A DNA stretch of 64,000 bases from Eutreptiella sp. 'Long Island Sound 2002' (taxonomy: Eukaryota > Protista > Euglenida): NCBI GenBank assembly GCA_964036045.1, contig OZ038379.1, positions 24,490,001 through 24,554,000 of the forward strand, written 5' to 3'. Each line of letters starts with the position of its first letter. The first letter of the stretch is position 1. The position numbers and the translations under genes are program-made. The notes under the pieces were generated by a model. That model was not told the DNA's origin, searched no databases, and saw only the letters and a list, made by a program, of their open reading frames with translations. Shown in pieces: positions 34,516 through 47,694 of the stretch.

Positions 34516-35390
34516 AAGCAGTGAAAGAAAATACTGGGGTCACCGTGCTGCCATTCTGATTTAGCAAAAGGGGTGGGCCACAACGACATAGAGAACGGCT
34601 GTCATGTAGGATCAAATGTGCCCACAACTCTCAAGCTGCAGATGGATCTCCCTCGTAAATAATACACAACAAATTATAATGAATAATAATAATACAACCT
34701 GCTAACCCTTACCCCTCCCGTTGCAAGAGCGGCCAGGACATTAAAAGTCGCCAATCCTCATCAATGATAGATGACCCCCACTGCTCCTGCCGCTGGCACA
34801 GTGGGCGGGGCCGAGGTGGGTGGTGCAACGGCGCCCCATGTAGACCCCTGCTCGATGCACGCAAGGCCCCTCGTGCAAGTTGTGCCGGGGGCATCGGGGG
34901 GTGCGGCATCTCTGCTCTCAGCACCACAAGCGGCACCCTCGGCCTGTGCCAGTGGTGGGTGGTGCGCAACATTGCACGCTCTTCGGGATGGGAGGCATGT
35001 GCGTGCCCTTGGGGGGGGGGGGTGATGACCATGAGGAGGCCTCACAGGGGTCGGGTGCCGCCCTCGCGCCCACAATGCGTGCTGGGAGCTCGACACGAGG
35101 CCATGGGAGGGCACATGGCGCGGATACTTGACCCTAGTTCAATATTAACTACGAGGGCGAAGGCAGATTAAAGTCCTGGACGTTGTACAACAGGTTAAGC
35201 CAGGGGGGTATGGGTCAGGGAGTCCCCCCCCCCCCCCCCCGCCCCCCCCGGCCACCCCTTCTGTCACGGCACGACCAAAGGACAAACACGTACTTTGATT
35301 CACAAAAAAAAAGCCGGAGTATCCGGTACCACAAATTTGTCATCTTTAGTTTGATGCAACCCATAGGTCCAGATGATTACCCTCCTATTG

Positions 35391-35492
35391 CCGTCATTTA
35401 CCCACCAAACGCCATCGGTTACCCACCGACCGCCGTCGGTTACCCTCCAAATGCCTTCGGTTACCCACCAACAGTTGTCTGTTACCCATCAA
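35391..35492. repeat. 21-bp minisatellite, ~5 units (GGTTACCCACCAACCGCCGTC-like)
   Basis: Direct reading. Confidence 0.85.
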
Positions 35493-36939
35493 GTCTTTTA
35501 ACAAAAAAAAGTGGTCCACTAAAAAGTGTCCCAGGAAGGGCTTGGCGCCTCCCGTCGCAAGAGCGGCCGGGACATTAAAAGTTGCCAACCCTTGTAAATG
35601 ATACATAGCGCGCGCACACACACAGACCGTACGAGTATCGTCGCAGAAAAACGGAGCAAGAAGTCGAGGAGGCGTGCTTGCAGCGTGCACTTACAGCCAG
35701 CCCGAACACAGGGCTTATGCCCTCATTCTCCCTGTGCGCGAAGGGGGGGGCGGGCACAACCAATTTTGCAGGGTATTTTTATCCGGTTATGGGGCGGGGA
35801 CGCAAAGCCGCCCGAGCCCCGTACACAATCACGCGCAGGAGAGCACCGCAACCGACGGCCCCGGCCATGTGCCCCCCTCTCCCATGACATCATCACACAA
35901 ATGCCCTGCCGACAAACTACCAGCGTGCGTTACGTGTAAACGGCTCCGCCTGTCAGAGGCCGTGTGCTGTGCCAAAGGCCACCGTGCACCAGCGTATGTA
36001 GACCGCAGACCGCCGTCCAAGGTCTGCCAAAAGCACGGACGGCCGCCGTGCCCGTGCTGCAGCTTGATGCAGTGGGGTGTATGACAGTGCTGCCAACGTG
36101 GTCCTCACAAGGTTAATGCCCCGCACAAAGGTCCGGGAAAAAGGACAGCGCCTGCCCCGGCAAGTGCCAACAAACGACCCCGGTTGCAGTTTGCAGCTCC
36201 AGCACACTTGCGGATGCAACTATGCTCACGTCACTTACCACCAACACCGCCAGCCCCCAAGCGACCGAGACCCAAATCCCCGATCTCCCCCTCCCCCCCA
36301 GCCACCGGGCCGCAGGGGATGCAGGTGGATGATGGCGACACGGCAGTGGTGAGGACCTTGATTTTCATGGCACACGGGCGCGCGTCGTCGGAAGCTACTT
36401 GAGCCCGCCACACCACAGAGGTTCTGGCTCCGTGGACAAGCGTGAACACGAGCATACACACAGCCCCGCCCAAGTGCGGGGTTAAATATGCCGATGGCAC
36501 TACCACCACATATGCGTCTCTCTGGTTAATAGTACACGTGCTTTGTTTGGCCCCTGCCACGTGGTAGCAGGGCAACCCCACTGAGAGCCAAGCTCCGGTG
36601 GTTCTACGCGCGGGGACCAAGGCTACCCACGTCCTACCCCATGCTCTCGCGTCAGCGCGCGGCACACGCAGTGCTCGCTCATTGTCGTGCGCCGCACCGT
36701 CCCCACATGGCTGTGCGCACGCGCGTCTCTGCGCTCGCGGCAGCCGCCTCTCCGCCGTGCCCCGTCTGCCAGCGCAGTCCTGCTGGCTCTCCATTTCTGG
36801 GCGAGCCTGGGGCTACCCACCGAGAGGGGCTCGCAGCCCCTCTCCTTCGTTCTCGTTTCGGTGCGCGCCAGAGTTGTGCGCTCCGCGGGCGTGCGCCTGC
36901 GTTTCCGCGACTGTGCACTGACGTACTTCAATCGCCGAC

Positions 36940-37720
36940 ATGCACGTGGACAACAACATGGTGAAGGCCATGGGAGCTGCGATTGCGGCCGCCATGGCCC
37001 AGGTTATGAACAACACCAACAACAACAACAATAACAACCAAGGCGCCCTGCAAGCACCAGCCCGTGGCGCCCACGACGCCGTCGCAGCAGCAGACGGCGC
37101 CCAGCCGCCGCAGCCGGCCCGCGGCGCACGGGCGGCGTCCCGTGGACGCGGTGCCGCCGCACAGCCGCCAGCCCCGCTGTCGCCGGAGGCGCAGCTCATT
37201 GCCTTACTGCAGCGGCAGGTGGCGGCTGTGCAGGCGGAGCTCCAGCGTCTGCGGGAGGAGAACCTCGTGTAGCGTGTAGCGGCAGCAGCCACGAGGAGAA
37301 CCTCGCGCAGTGGCAGCAGCCACAGGGGGCAGCCCCTGCCCAGCCACGGGGCGGCAGACGCATGTTGGGGGGCGCCGCGCCGCCGCCGTTGTCCCTGCCG
37401 TCGGCGATGGCGCCCGCCGTATCACATGCAGCGAGCCCCGCATCCGCCCGGGCTGCGAACCACGGCTGCCGTTGGCTGTTGTGGACCAACAACCACGACG
37501 AGACGGTGCACAGGTATGTTCATGCGCTGCCTTGCACCTGCGGGGGGAATATCTGCAAGGGGCCGCCGAACCCCTACCGCAAGGGTCGGCCGTGGGACCC
37601 CAGCGTGGTTGCCGCCTCCAACACGCGGCAGCGTCCCTGCTATTGGACGCAGGGCACGTAGGGGGTCGCGTGGATCCACACTGGCCTCTGCCGGGGGAGA
37701 GACTACTGCGAGACTAGCCG
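36940..37720 (+). pseudogene. Disrupted ORF1-like gene: poly-Asn, coiled coil, Cys/His-rich domain
   Basis: ORFs 36940-37272 and 37362-37661 join if a local duplication (GAGGAGAACCTCG...GCAGCAGCCAC) is removed. Confidence 0.45.
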
Positions 37721-38231
37721 CCCCCCGCCACCCCAGAGTCTCCCACCTCCCATGTACACACAGGAGGCCCACATGGGGACCGCGCGTTGGTGGCCACGGC
37801 GGCGCGCTGGTCCTTGGGCATGGAGGACGAACACCGCCCCCTAGTCAAAGGCGCGTCGTCGCCCTCTGCCGCTTCTCCCGCGTCTGCTGGCGGTTCTTCC
37901 GTGGCGGGCTACGCCGCTGCGGCCTCGTCACGGGCATCGGGGGAGGCACATCCCGCCCAGCTCGTTGTGGCCCCGAGCCCCCCCCCCCCCCCCCCGCCCA
38001 GGCGCCCTCGTGCCGGGCACGTATCGTGGTGCAGCCAGCGCCGCGGCGATCCGGGGGCCTCAGTGCCCCCCTGCAGCCCACCCCGCAGCACCGGTTGCGG
38101 CTGTTGGAGGGCGTGCCACGCCCTACGGGTGTGATGTCTTTGTTGTGCCCCTTCGCGGAACGCGACTTCGCTCCCTTGCGCGCGGAGGGGGCGTAGCAGC
38201 TCAGGCCCCGCAACGGCGTCTCAGAGTGGCC

Positions 38232-40773
38232 TGACCAGGACAAGGAGGCCACATTCAAGGAGCTCTTGGTCTTGGGGGTCACGGCGGAGGAGGCCCGCGA
38301 CATCGCCGGCCAGCCACCTTTGGGGGGCTAGGGGCGGAGGTATGCAGGCTCGCCTGCACCCAGGGCATGACGGTGGCCAGCTCGGAGACGGAGCGCTCGC
38401 TGCTGCGAGCGCTACAAGCCGGGGCGACGTGGACTAGGGCACGGATCCGGAAGCATCAAATTTCGGATTTAGCAGCATGCCCCTACCCCCCCCCCCCCCA
38501 AGACGTAGGTCCATCTCGTATGCGACTGCCGAGGCAGCGCAGTTGCCGGCATTGGCCCTCCCGTCGGCGTGGCCGGTGTGCCTGTGCGCGACGGGCCTGT
38601 TGTCGGCAGTATTGGTCCGACCAGAGGAGGTGGATCAGGCAGGGCGGCTCATGTACCGCCTGTATGGCATGTATCCGGCGGTGCTCTCGGCACACATGGG
38701 AGCGGAAGTTGCGGCACGTCGAGACGCGGGCGCGGGCTCCTCGGTCTTTGCGATCGCGCGCAGACGCCCTCCCGATGCGCGCCGGGGCTACCCTTGGGGA
38801 CAACTTGGCCCGGGCCCACATCCCCCGCCGCTGGCATTGCGCGCCGGCCCGCCGCTGGGGTGGCCGTGGGGTGCGTCCTTCGCGATGGCGCTCTTGCAGT
38901 GGGCTAGCCGACTGCGGTGGCTACCAGGGCAGGGCCATGTGACGTACGTGGAGCCGGCCTTGGACTTTGAGGCCCACACGGAGCGGGCTCTCCCGGCCCC
39001 CAGCGACCACCGGCTGCGGGGGGTCGCGTTACCGCTACGCACCACAGGCCAAGTGCTAAAAATGGCCCTAGATGCGCTGCAGCCGCATTTGCAAGCAAGG
39101 GACCTTCTGCAGGGCAAGGAGGTGTGGATGTCCGAATCCCTCTTGCCGCTGGGGGGCTTCAGGTGTGTGGGGAGGGCGGTTCGCGTGCCCGGACGCCATG
39201 CTGTTCCAAATGCGCCAGCTGGAGGCGCACTGCCGCGTGCTATGGACGTGGCGCCTGGCGCGGCCGGGAGTGGGGCGGCAGGATGTGTCCCTATTGGATT
39301 ACCTCCCCCGGCATGACCAGGGCCGCAGCCCCTGCGGCCCTTTCTGCGCTTGCCGCGCCGGCGGGTGCAGCGCGAACGGCAAGGGGCAGGACGCGGGAGC
39401 GTGGGCTGCGTGGCAGCCCCGCCGCGGGTGGCCTTGTGTGCGCTACACCGGGCCCCGCCCTGTGCCGCCTGCGTGCAGCGGGGCGCCGAGCACTGCTGCC
39501 AACAGGCACACGAAGGGCACCGCATGGACGCGGCGCAAGCGCCGCGGGCGTGGCTGCAGCCCGCACAGCCGGCCGGGGCTGGCTCCGTGGCGGCGTCCTA
39601 GGCCGCGCAGGGCTCGCCAAGCGCGTGCAAATGCCCCCGCTCGCAATCTCCCTCACCAGCGCGCGTGGCGCGACGAGCGCGCGTAGCAGAGCACGAGTGC
39701 GCACGCTGCCTGGAGGAGCCCTCAATCCCCCCCCTCCCCCCAAGCGTCTCTAGGGGGGGGGGGGGGGGACGGCCTAAGCGGCTCTGGTATGTTAAACTAG
39801 CGGGAAGGGCTGAGGCAGCCCTTCCCGCCCTCCCCGCTCCTCCCGGGGGGAACCGCCGGGCAAGGGGGGGGCACACGTGGAACGGGAGCATGCGTCACGC
39901 GCCCGGGCGGACACACACGCGGGGGGGGGGGGACAACCGCATCCTCATCCCCCCCCTCCCCCTCCCGGGTGCCGGGGTATGTTTTTGGGGACATCTCCCG
40001 CCGGCTGGCGGCGGCATGGGCGGGGTCATCAGCCAAAGGGGAGGGCATTGACCCCCCCCCCCCCCCCCACACCCAAGGGGGGGGGGGCAGGAGCAGGAGA
40101 CATCGGTCGACCCCCACCCCCATTCCTCGGGGGGCGGCGCGCAGGGGGCAGAGGCGGCGACCTCCGCAGCACAGGTGGTGTTGGACCTACCCTCCCCCCC
40201 AAGGGGCCGTGCCGGGGCAACCAAGGCAGCTTCTCCCCCCCCCCCCCCCCCACAAAAAAGGGCACAGCGGGTGGGGGGGAAACGAACGCGGCAGCCACGG
40301 CGCCCTATGCACACCCTGTGTGATGAGCACAGGGCCCTAGCATGCAAGTCATGCAAGGGGCACAGGGTGGTGCGGCATTGCTGTAGCCGCCACCACGAGG
40401 GGCATCCCAGGTGTTGGGGGGGGGGTCAACGGTGTCTGCCGGTTCGGGGGGGGGGGGGGGGGGGGCTGCAGTAGCAACTGGGTGCTATGCCCTTCGGAGG
40501 GCCGGTGCGTGCGCCGGCACCCTCGTCCGGGGGAGGGGGAGGGGGTCCAGCAGGGCCGAGAGCAGCGGTGGGTGCTGCCGCGCGGGGGCACGCACGAGCT
40601 GAAAGGAGGGCACACAACCCGAGGCGGACGTCCTTCCGCCGCGCGGCGACACACCGGGGGGCCAGGGGTGGGATGGGGCAGGCCACAGGCAGGCTCTAAC
40701 CCACTAACCCCTAACCCTCCCATCGCAAGAGCGGCCAGGACATTAAAAGCCTTCAACCCTCGTTAATAGTACA
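38232..40773 (+). mobile_element. Family-C non-LTR 3' portion, copy 1
   Basis: RALQAGATWT...CPY zinc-finger region; LQWASRLRW...GHVTYVE..LDFE; terminus CCCTCGTTAATAGTACA at 40757-40773. Confidence 0.8.
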
Positions 40774-43009
40774 GGTGCTATCGGCGCGCATGGGAGCGGA
40801 AGTCGCGGCACGCCGAGACGCGGGCGCGGGCCCCTCGGTCTTTGCGATCGCGCGCAGACGCCCTCCCGATGCGCGCCGGGGCTACCCATGGGGGCCACTG
40901 GGCGCGGGCCCACATCGCCCGGCGCCAACAGCGGCGCCGCTGGCGTTGCGCGCCGGCCCGCCGCCGGGATGGCCATGGGAGGCATCCTTCGCGGTGGCGC
41001 TCCTGCAGTGGGCAGGCCAGCTGCGGTGGCTACCAGGGCAGGGCCATGTGACATACGTGGAGCTGGCCCTGGACTTCGAGGCACACGCGGAACGGGCCCT
41101 CCCGGCCCCCAGCGACCACCGGCTGCGGGGGGTCACCCTGCCGCTACGCACCAGGGGCCAAGTGCTGAAGATGGCCCTGGATGCATTGCAGCCACATCTA
41201 CAGGCAGGGGACCTCATGCAGGGCAAGGAGGTATGGATGGCGAAGTCCCTGCTGCCGCTGGGGGGCTTCAGGTGTGTGGGGCGGTCGGCGCGCCCACTGT
41301 TCGCGCGCCCGGAAGCCATGCTGTTCCAGATGCGCCAGCTGGAGGCACACTGCCGAGCGCTGTGGGCGCGGCGCCTGGCGCGGCCGGGAGCGGGGCGGCA
41401 GGACGTGTTCCTCTTGGATTACCTCCCCCCGGCAGGACCAGGACAGCAGCCCCTGCGGCCCTTTCAACGCTTGCCGCGCCGGCGGGTGCAGCGCGACCGG
41501 CGCGGGGCCGGAGGCGGGGACGCGGACCGCGTAGCACCGCCGCCGCAGGTGGCCCTGTGTGCGCGACACCGGGCCCCGCCCTGTGCCGCCTGCGTGCAGC
41601 GGGGCGCCGAGCACTGCTGCCAGCGGGCGCACGAAGGGCACCGCATGGACGCGGCACAAGCACGCGTGGCGGCGCGAGCATTGCGGGCGTGGCTGCAGCC
41701 CGCGCGGCCGGCCGGGGCCGGCCCCGTGGCGGCGTCCCAGGCCGCAAGGGGCTCGCCCAGCGCTCGCAAACGACCACGCCCGCAATCACAATCATCCTCG
41801 CCAGGGCGCGAGACGCGACGAGCACGCCCGGAGCACGAGCACGCGCGACGCCAGGAGGAGTTCCCGCCCCCCCCCCCCCAAGCGTCTCCAGGGGGGGGGC
41901 ACACAGCTTAAGCGGCTCCGGTATGTTAAACCAGCAGGGAGAGCTCAGGAGGCCCTTCCCGCTCTCCCCGCCCCTCCCAGCGGGAGCCACCGGGCACGGG
42001 GGGGCACGCGGAGTCCAAGCGCCCCGCGCGCCAGCCGGACGCCCGGGCGGACACGCACGGGTGGGGGGGGTTCAGCCGCGTCCCCACCCCCCCTCCCTCC
42101 CCTCCCGGGGGCTGGCGGACATTTTCGGGGACATCTCACGCCGACTGACGGCGGCTCGGGCGGGGTCATCAGCCAAAGGGGAGGGCGCCGACCTCCCCCC
42201 GGGGGCCGCGAACCCCCCCCAAGGGGGGGGGGCAGGATCAGGGGGCTTCGGTCGAACCCCACCCTAGTCTTTCGGGGGGCGGCGCGCCGGGGGCGGAGGC
42301 GGCGGTGGGGGACCCCTCAGGGGGCGGACAGGAGATGTCGATTGACTGCCATCCCCCAGGGGACGGCTCCGGGGGGGCGGCGGCGGCGACATCCGCTACA
42401 CGGGCGGAGCAGGAACCCCCCCCAGGGGCAGTCACAGGACAGCAGGCAGAGTCCCTACCCCCTTCCCCCCCACAGAAGAGGGCGCAGCGGGCGGGGGGCA
42501 AAAGGGTGGGGCAGCCGCGGCGCCCCATGCAGGCATTGTGCGATGAGCACAGGGCCCCAGCGTGCAAGTCATGCAAAGGGCACAGGGGGGTGCGGCATTG
42601 CTGCAGCCGCCACCACGAAGGGCATCCCAGGGTGTTGGGGGGGGGACAACGGTGTCTGCCGGTCCAGAGGGGGGGGCTGCAGCAGCAGCAACAAGCGGGC
42701 GTCTTGCCCTCCGGAGGGTCGGCGGTCGTGCCAGCCCCCATGATCAGGGGGGAGGGGGGAGGCCCAGCAGGGCAGCGGACGGCGGCGTCGCCCCGGGGCG
42801 GCACACAGGGCCCAGGTCAGGGCCACGGGAGGGCCTCCGAGGAGGGCACATAGCCTCAGGACGGCGTCCTTCCGCCGCGCCGCGACACACCGGGGGGCCA
42901 GGGGAGGGATAGGGCAGGCTTCAGGCAGGCTCTAACCCGCTAACCCCAAACCCCTCCGTCGCAAGAGCGGCCAGGACTTTAATAGCCATCAACCCTCGTT
43001 AATAGTACA
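40774..43009 (+). mobile_element. Family-C non-LTR 3' portion, copy 2 (5'-truncated, head-to-tail)
   Basis: Begins at the position homologous to 38680; ORF 40775-41911 is open; terminus at 42993-43009 followed by (CA)n. Confidence 0.85.
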
Positions 43010-43010
43010 A

Positions 43011-43050
<40 letters not shown>

Positions 43051-43599
43051 GAAAGGCAGTTGTATAGTACCCCGCTGCCTACAACAATGGTGGCTCCTTT
43101 TGTCCACTTCCCATTGCCCATAGAAGAAGGGTGGCGTCCACAAGGAGCCACCACTGCCGATTACCCATGTTAGTGTGGCGTAGAACGGCAGGAGACACCA
43201 CCACTTCTCACGCAGTGGGACTATGAACAGAGGGAGCCGCCAATGTGCGTTGACCACAACATGGTGGTTGTGTCCAAAAGGAGATGCCACTGCCCATGGC
43301 ACACAACCATGTGGTGGTGTACAGAAAGGGGAGCCACAGCCCAGGGCCTATGGTGCTCATTCAAACCCGTGCAGGGCCCTGAGGCACGATGGTTTGGGTT
43401 GGCAGGTGGAGTGGCTAGGAGTACCAAGGGCCGCCCTCAATAGAGGAGGCTGGCAGGAGAGCTAAGTAGATGCCCCCGCGTGCAGAACACAGGACTTGCG
43501 ATTGGTTTTAGGGTTGAGAGTTGCGGCCCACCCGTTTTGCATTTTTACTGTGTGTTCGGCACACACAACCCCCCCCCCCCCCCTTGCACCGCACCCCTA

Positions 43600-45250
43600 G
43601 ACCCACATCCACACCCACTGGTCGGCACACTGGTGGCGAGTGGCGAGTGGCGATGGTGCGAGAGTACGTCCGGCAGAGCGCTTGGGCGAAGGATCATATC
43701 CACCACGCTGAGGGCATATCCCCCCCCCCCCCCCCCCGCACCTAGTGGAATACCAGGCCATGCTCGGAGGGGGGCTGCCCGGCGGCAACAACCCTAGGCC
43801 ATAATACCCACCACCGGCATTGCCCACACGAGGTACACGCCCTGCAGATGGTGGTGGTCCATGTGGGCTTTCCCATGTGGCTTCCGGGTTGCTGCAAGGG
43901 GACAACCTCAATCCGCATGCAAGGACCCCAACAGTGTTAGGGGCAGGTGCCACGAACGGCGGAACCGCCCTATAGCCACGTCAAAACTCCACCCGAGCGG
44001 AGTTAGAAGGGATTGGGCTATCGGCCCTACGGGCTATGGTTGGCATGTGGGCTCAACGCTGCTGGTGGTGAACCCTCTAATGATGGCTGGTCATCCTCTT
44101 CCTCTTCAAACAATTTTGAGGACCCCAGAGGTGGATGCCCCGCTACAGATTGTGGTGCGTCGAGCTTGTATGGGCACACAACCCAAGTCCAAGTGTCTGT
44201 GGCGGTGTATGCTGCCATCCGGGCGCTTGGGTATCACCAAGTGGGGGATTTTTTGCCTTGGATGGCGCGCTGCGTAGCGAGCTAGACCCGCGGGCACAAG
44301 CACAGAGAAGGTGGATGGTAAACATGGTGTGGGAATGGTTGCAACACCACCAAAGAGCCTTGCAGCCTCGATTGGTGTGGCCCATTCCATGGTGGCAACA
44401 TGCCGCCCAAAACCGGACACTAGGCCGAATACGGCCATGCTGGGCCACGGCAATAATTAGGGGCCACGGGGCCAAGACAACCCAGAGACCATTGTGTACC
44501 AGCAAGGCCATGCAATCAAGGCGTCCGCCAAATTGTGGTGTAGGAGGGTGTGTCCCACTACATCACGGACATCAACGTGAGAGTGGATGCCGCAACCAGA
44601 GATGGGCTGTAGCTGGACCTCACAGGGATGCTTTGCTGCCACTACTCTCCTGTCCCACCGAACACGTTTTGTGACCATTGCTAGCTAGCCCCATCGGGCT
44701 TGTAGAACTGGCTCAAGGAGCACGCGGCAATCCCAGTGAGGGTGCGGTATGGCCACTAGTGGGGCCTCAATTACCAACGGGGCCTAGGGTTGCTGCTAGA
44801 CTAGTTCACGAGTGACTAGCAGTGGCACCTCGTGGCCCAGTGCATGCACAACCTCCCCATCATGATGGTACTAGTGGAGCGCTTGGAGCACAGTAATGTG
44901 CAATTGTGCACGCTGTGCTTGCTGTGTGGCAAATGCCTTGAGATGGCACATCCGGGAGTGCTAATTGTAGTCCCATGTGTGGAGGCCCGCCCGACAATGG
45001 CTTCATGCGTGGCTTGAGGCTCATGTGGAGCCAAGGGTGGCGCCATTGCAGCAGTAGTTGTGGGATTCCGCGGTGCTCCAGCTGTGGTCGGCGGCCATCG
45101 CCACGCTGCCCCTGTGCAGGGCCAAGCAACATGGGGAGGGAGTGCATTCGGCAAGTCAAGCTGGCCCCACACCAAGGCTCACACCAACCTCATCAAACCT
45201 TGCCCAGGGCCCCGAGGAACGATTGCGTGGACACCACGAGGACTTCAAGT
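43600..45250 (+). pseudogene. Decayed coding remnant, probably a retroelement C-terminus of another family
   Basis: Protein-like stretches in shifting frames (WMVNMVWEWLQHH, CTLCLLCG...HP); not identified. Confidence 0.3.
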
Positions 45251-45261
45251 GTAGCAACGGG

Positions 45262-45410
45262 CAAAGCCACTCCCACTCCCACTCCCACTCCCACACCCAC
45301 ACCCACGCACCCACACACATACCCACACCCACACATCCATACCCACACCCGGACCTAGACCCATAGCCACAAGCACGCGCACACCCACACCCACACCCAC
45401 ACCCAGGTCA
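45262..45410. repeat. (CCCACT/CCCACA)n microsatellite
   Basis: Direct reading. Confidence 0.9.
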
Positions 45411-47694
45411 GGTCAAGTCAGGTAGCGCCAACAACCACTGTCCGCAAGCCTGTCCTCAAGGAAGCTGTGAACTAACACGGCCCTTCACTGCAAGTGCACA
45501 CGGCTTAGGGTTAGACATTAGGGCTAAGGACTAGGGCCCATCCATTTTGCATTTTCCCCGTGTGCAAGACATCCCGGCCTTTGCTGATTTGCCCTTGCAT
45601 TGCCCCTACTACAACCCCTACTTGCCCCCGCCATTGCCCTTGCCACTGCACACAACCTCCCCCTCTGCCCCTACCACAGCCCATGCCTCCGCCTCTGGCC
45701 CTGCCCCTTGCACCTCCTCGAACGCCCCGCTACCATAGCCCCTCCCACAGCCACTGACACAACCATTGCCATGGCCCTCAACACTGTCCTTGCCTACACA
45801 GGGCGGCAGAAGGGCACCTCGGTACCTCGGTACGAGGGCATAGGGATGGGTTCCGTTCCCATGCTCATGCCAACACTGGGCGGAAGGATAGCTTCCCCTT
45901 ACCTATGCACACCGGCATAGGGTGGGGGGATGGTTTCCCCTCCCTCGTGCACATTGGCACAGTGCGAGGCATGGGTACCCCAGCTCTGTGCACATGTTCT
46001 ACAGGTGGAGGGGCCGTTTCTTCATCGCTGTGTACACTGGTTCCCCCACCCTTGTTCACATCAGCACCTTAGCATAGGGCTGAGGGGAGGTGCTGCTGCC
46101 CATGTGGTTGTCTGCACAGGGCAAAGGGGATATGTCTCGGCCCCCGTGCAGTATGGTGACTGGGGTTGGTCGGAGGTGTGGTGCAGCGGCCCCCTCCCCA
46201 ACTTGGGGGGAACCCCGATGGTCGGGGTGTGGGTGAAGGAAGCCCTGGATCAAAAGGGGGTCCGGGGTGTCCCCGGGAGGTGGCTACGGACGTGGGGGTG
46301 CTGCTCCGTCCCGCCTGGCAGTTGTTCGGGAGCTTAGTGCCTGGTTGGTTTTAGGGCCGGGGCAGCGACTTAGGAGTCGTGGATCCTTGCGCTGCTACAA
46401 AACAGAAAGGTGGCAATGGTGTCACAACCACAGTTCAGATTGAGCGGGGAAATCCGTTAAGCTCTTGCTTATCGGCAACGGCAATTGTAGGCGGGACGCA
46501 AAAGCATGGGAGAAGAGGGGCTGAAGTAGGGCATGCATGGCAATGGCATGCGAACCCTCCTGCCCCAAAAGCCTTTGACCATGGGGAGCCCTGGGCCCAA
46601 AATCCTAGTTTTGCCCTAGGCCGGAGTGAGGGCTAGCAAAGGTCCAGCTGCCCCAGCCCAGGGGGTCGCCAGGGCTGGTGGCGGACCCAGTTCGGTGGCG
46701 CGCCCCCGCCAGTGTGTCCACACCACTTGGTGGCACCATTCTACGTATGCCCTGGGCATGCGGACACACACAAAGGAAGAGGCTAGAATGGGGAGAGGCC
46801 CTGCCATCATGCTGAAGCCGGGGTATGGCGCACAGGGGGGCCCCTGTGGGCCATACCCCAGGGGCCACGGATGATGTCCCATGGGGTGGGCACCATGGGG
46901 TGGTCAAGCAGCCGGAGTGTCACATCTCCTCCTCCTCATACCCCCCCTCCCCCACCATGACCCCCCCCCCCCCCCAACAGTCTCTATCCGTGTTACTGGG
47001 CATTTTAGCCCCCTAAAAGTTAGAGTGTGGTCACCATTCAGATTTTTGGGGACCCTGTCGCACAATGGCCATCTGCTGCTGTCTGTGACCCTCCTGGTAT
47101 TTCACGTGCATTGCTGCACAACAGGGGCTGGGTGCGAATGTGGTACGGCTGCCCGTACTGTGCAGCAGTGTGCATGGGCCTGCCTCACGAAACCTGGACA
47201 CCATCAATGTCTTTGGCGCCACATCAATGGGGCTGCTTCTAGCGATGCCCTACAAAGGCCCAGCCATGCGGCTTACATTTCCCCAGCCCATATTCTTTAC
47301 GTGAGATCAACCTGCAAACATATGACCACCGCCAGCCTCTTCACACCGTGAGCAGAGTGGGCATGGGCCTGGCGCCTCAGCAGGATGGTTGAATGCGCTT
47401 CACAACCCATGCTTAAGCGATTATGCAATCGGTGCTATAAACCTCTTGATTTTTATATAAACCGTTGCGCTGTGCGTAGTTATAGTGTTTTTGTACTTGG
47501 ACCAGTTTTACCAATGGTCTGCGAACCAACAGCAGGCCGGTACATTTCGTGCAATGGTGCCTCATTTGATTCTGCTGAGTCTCCTTGCATTGTGTCCGTG
47601 CCCCCGACAGTGCAGGCAGCGGCGAAAAGCAGCACATCAGATGCAAGTGATGGACGACACCGACCTTGCACCAGTGATAAACCTCCCTGCCATC

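Larger units (their letters stand above)
33053..36540. repeat. Cluster of decayed family-C 3' fragments
   Basis: GCAAGAGCGGCC(A/G)GGACATTAAAAG at 34725 and 35557; TTAATAGTACA at 36526; EEARLRRA..G.LNT.LMP-like block at 28.9, 31.9, 33.9 and 35.7 kb. Confidence 0.65.
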
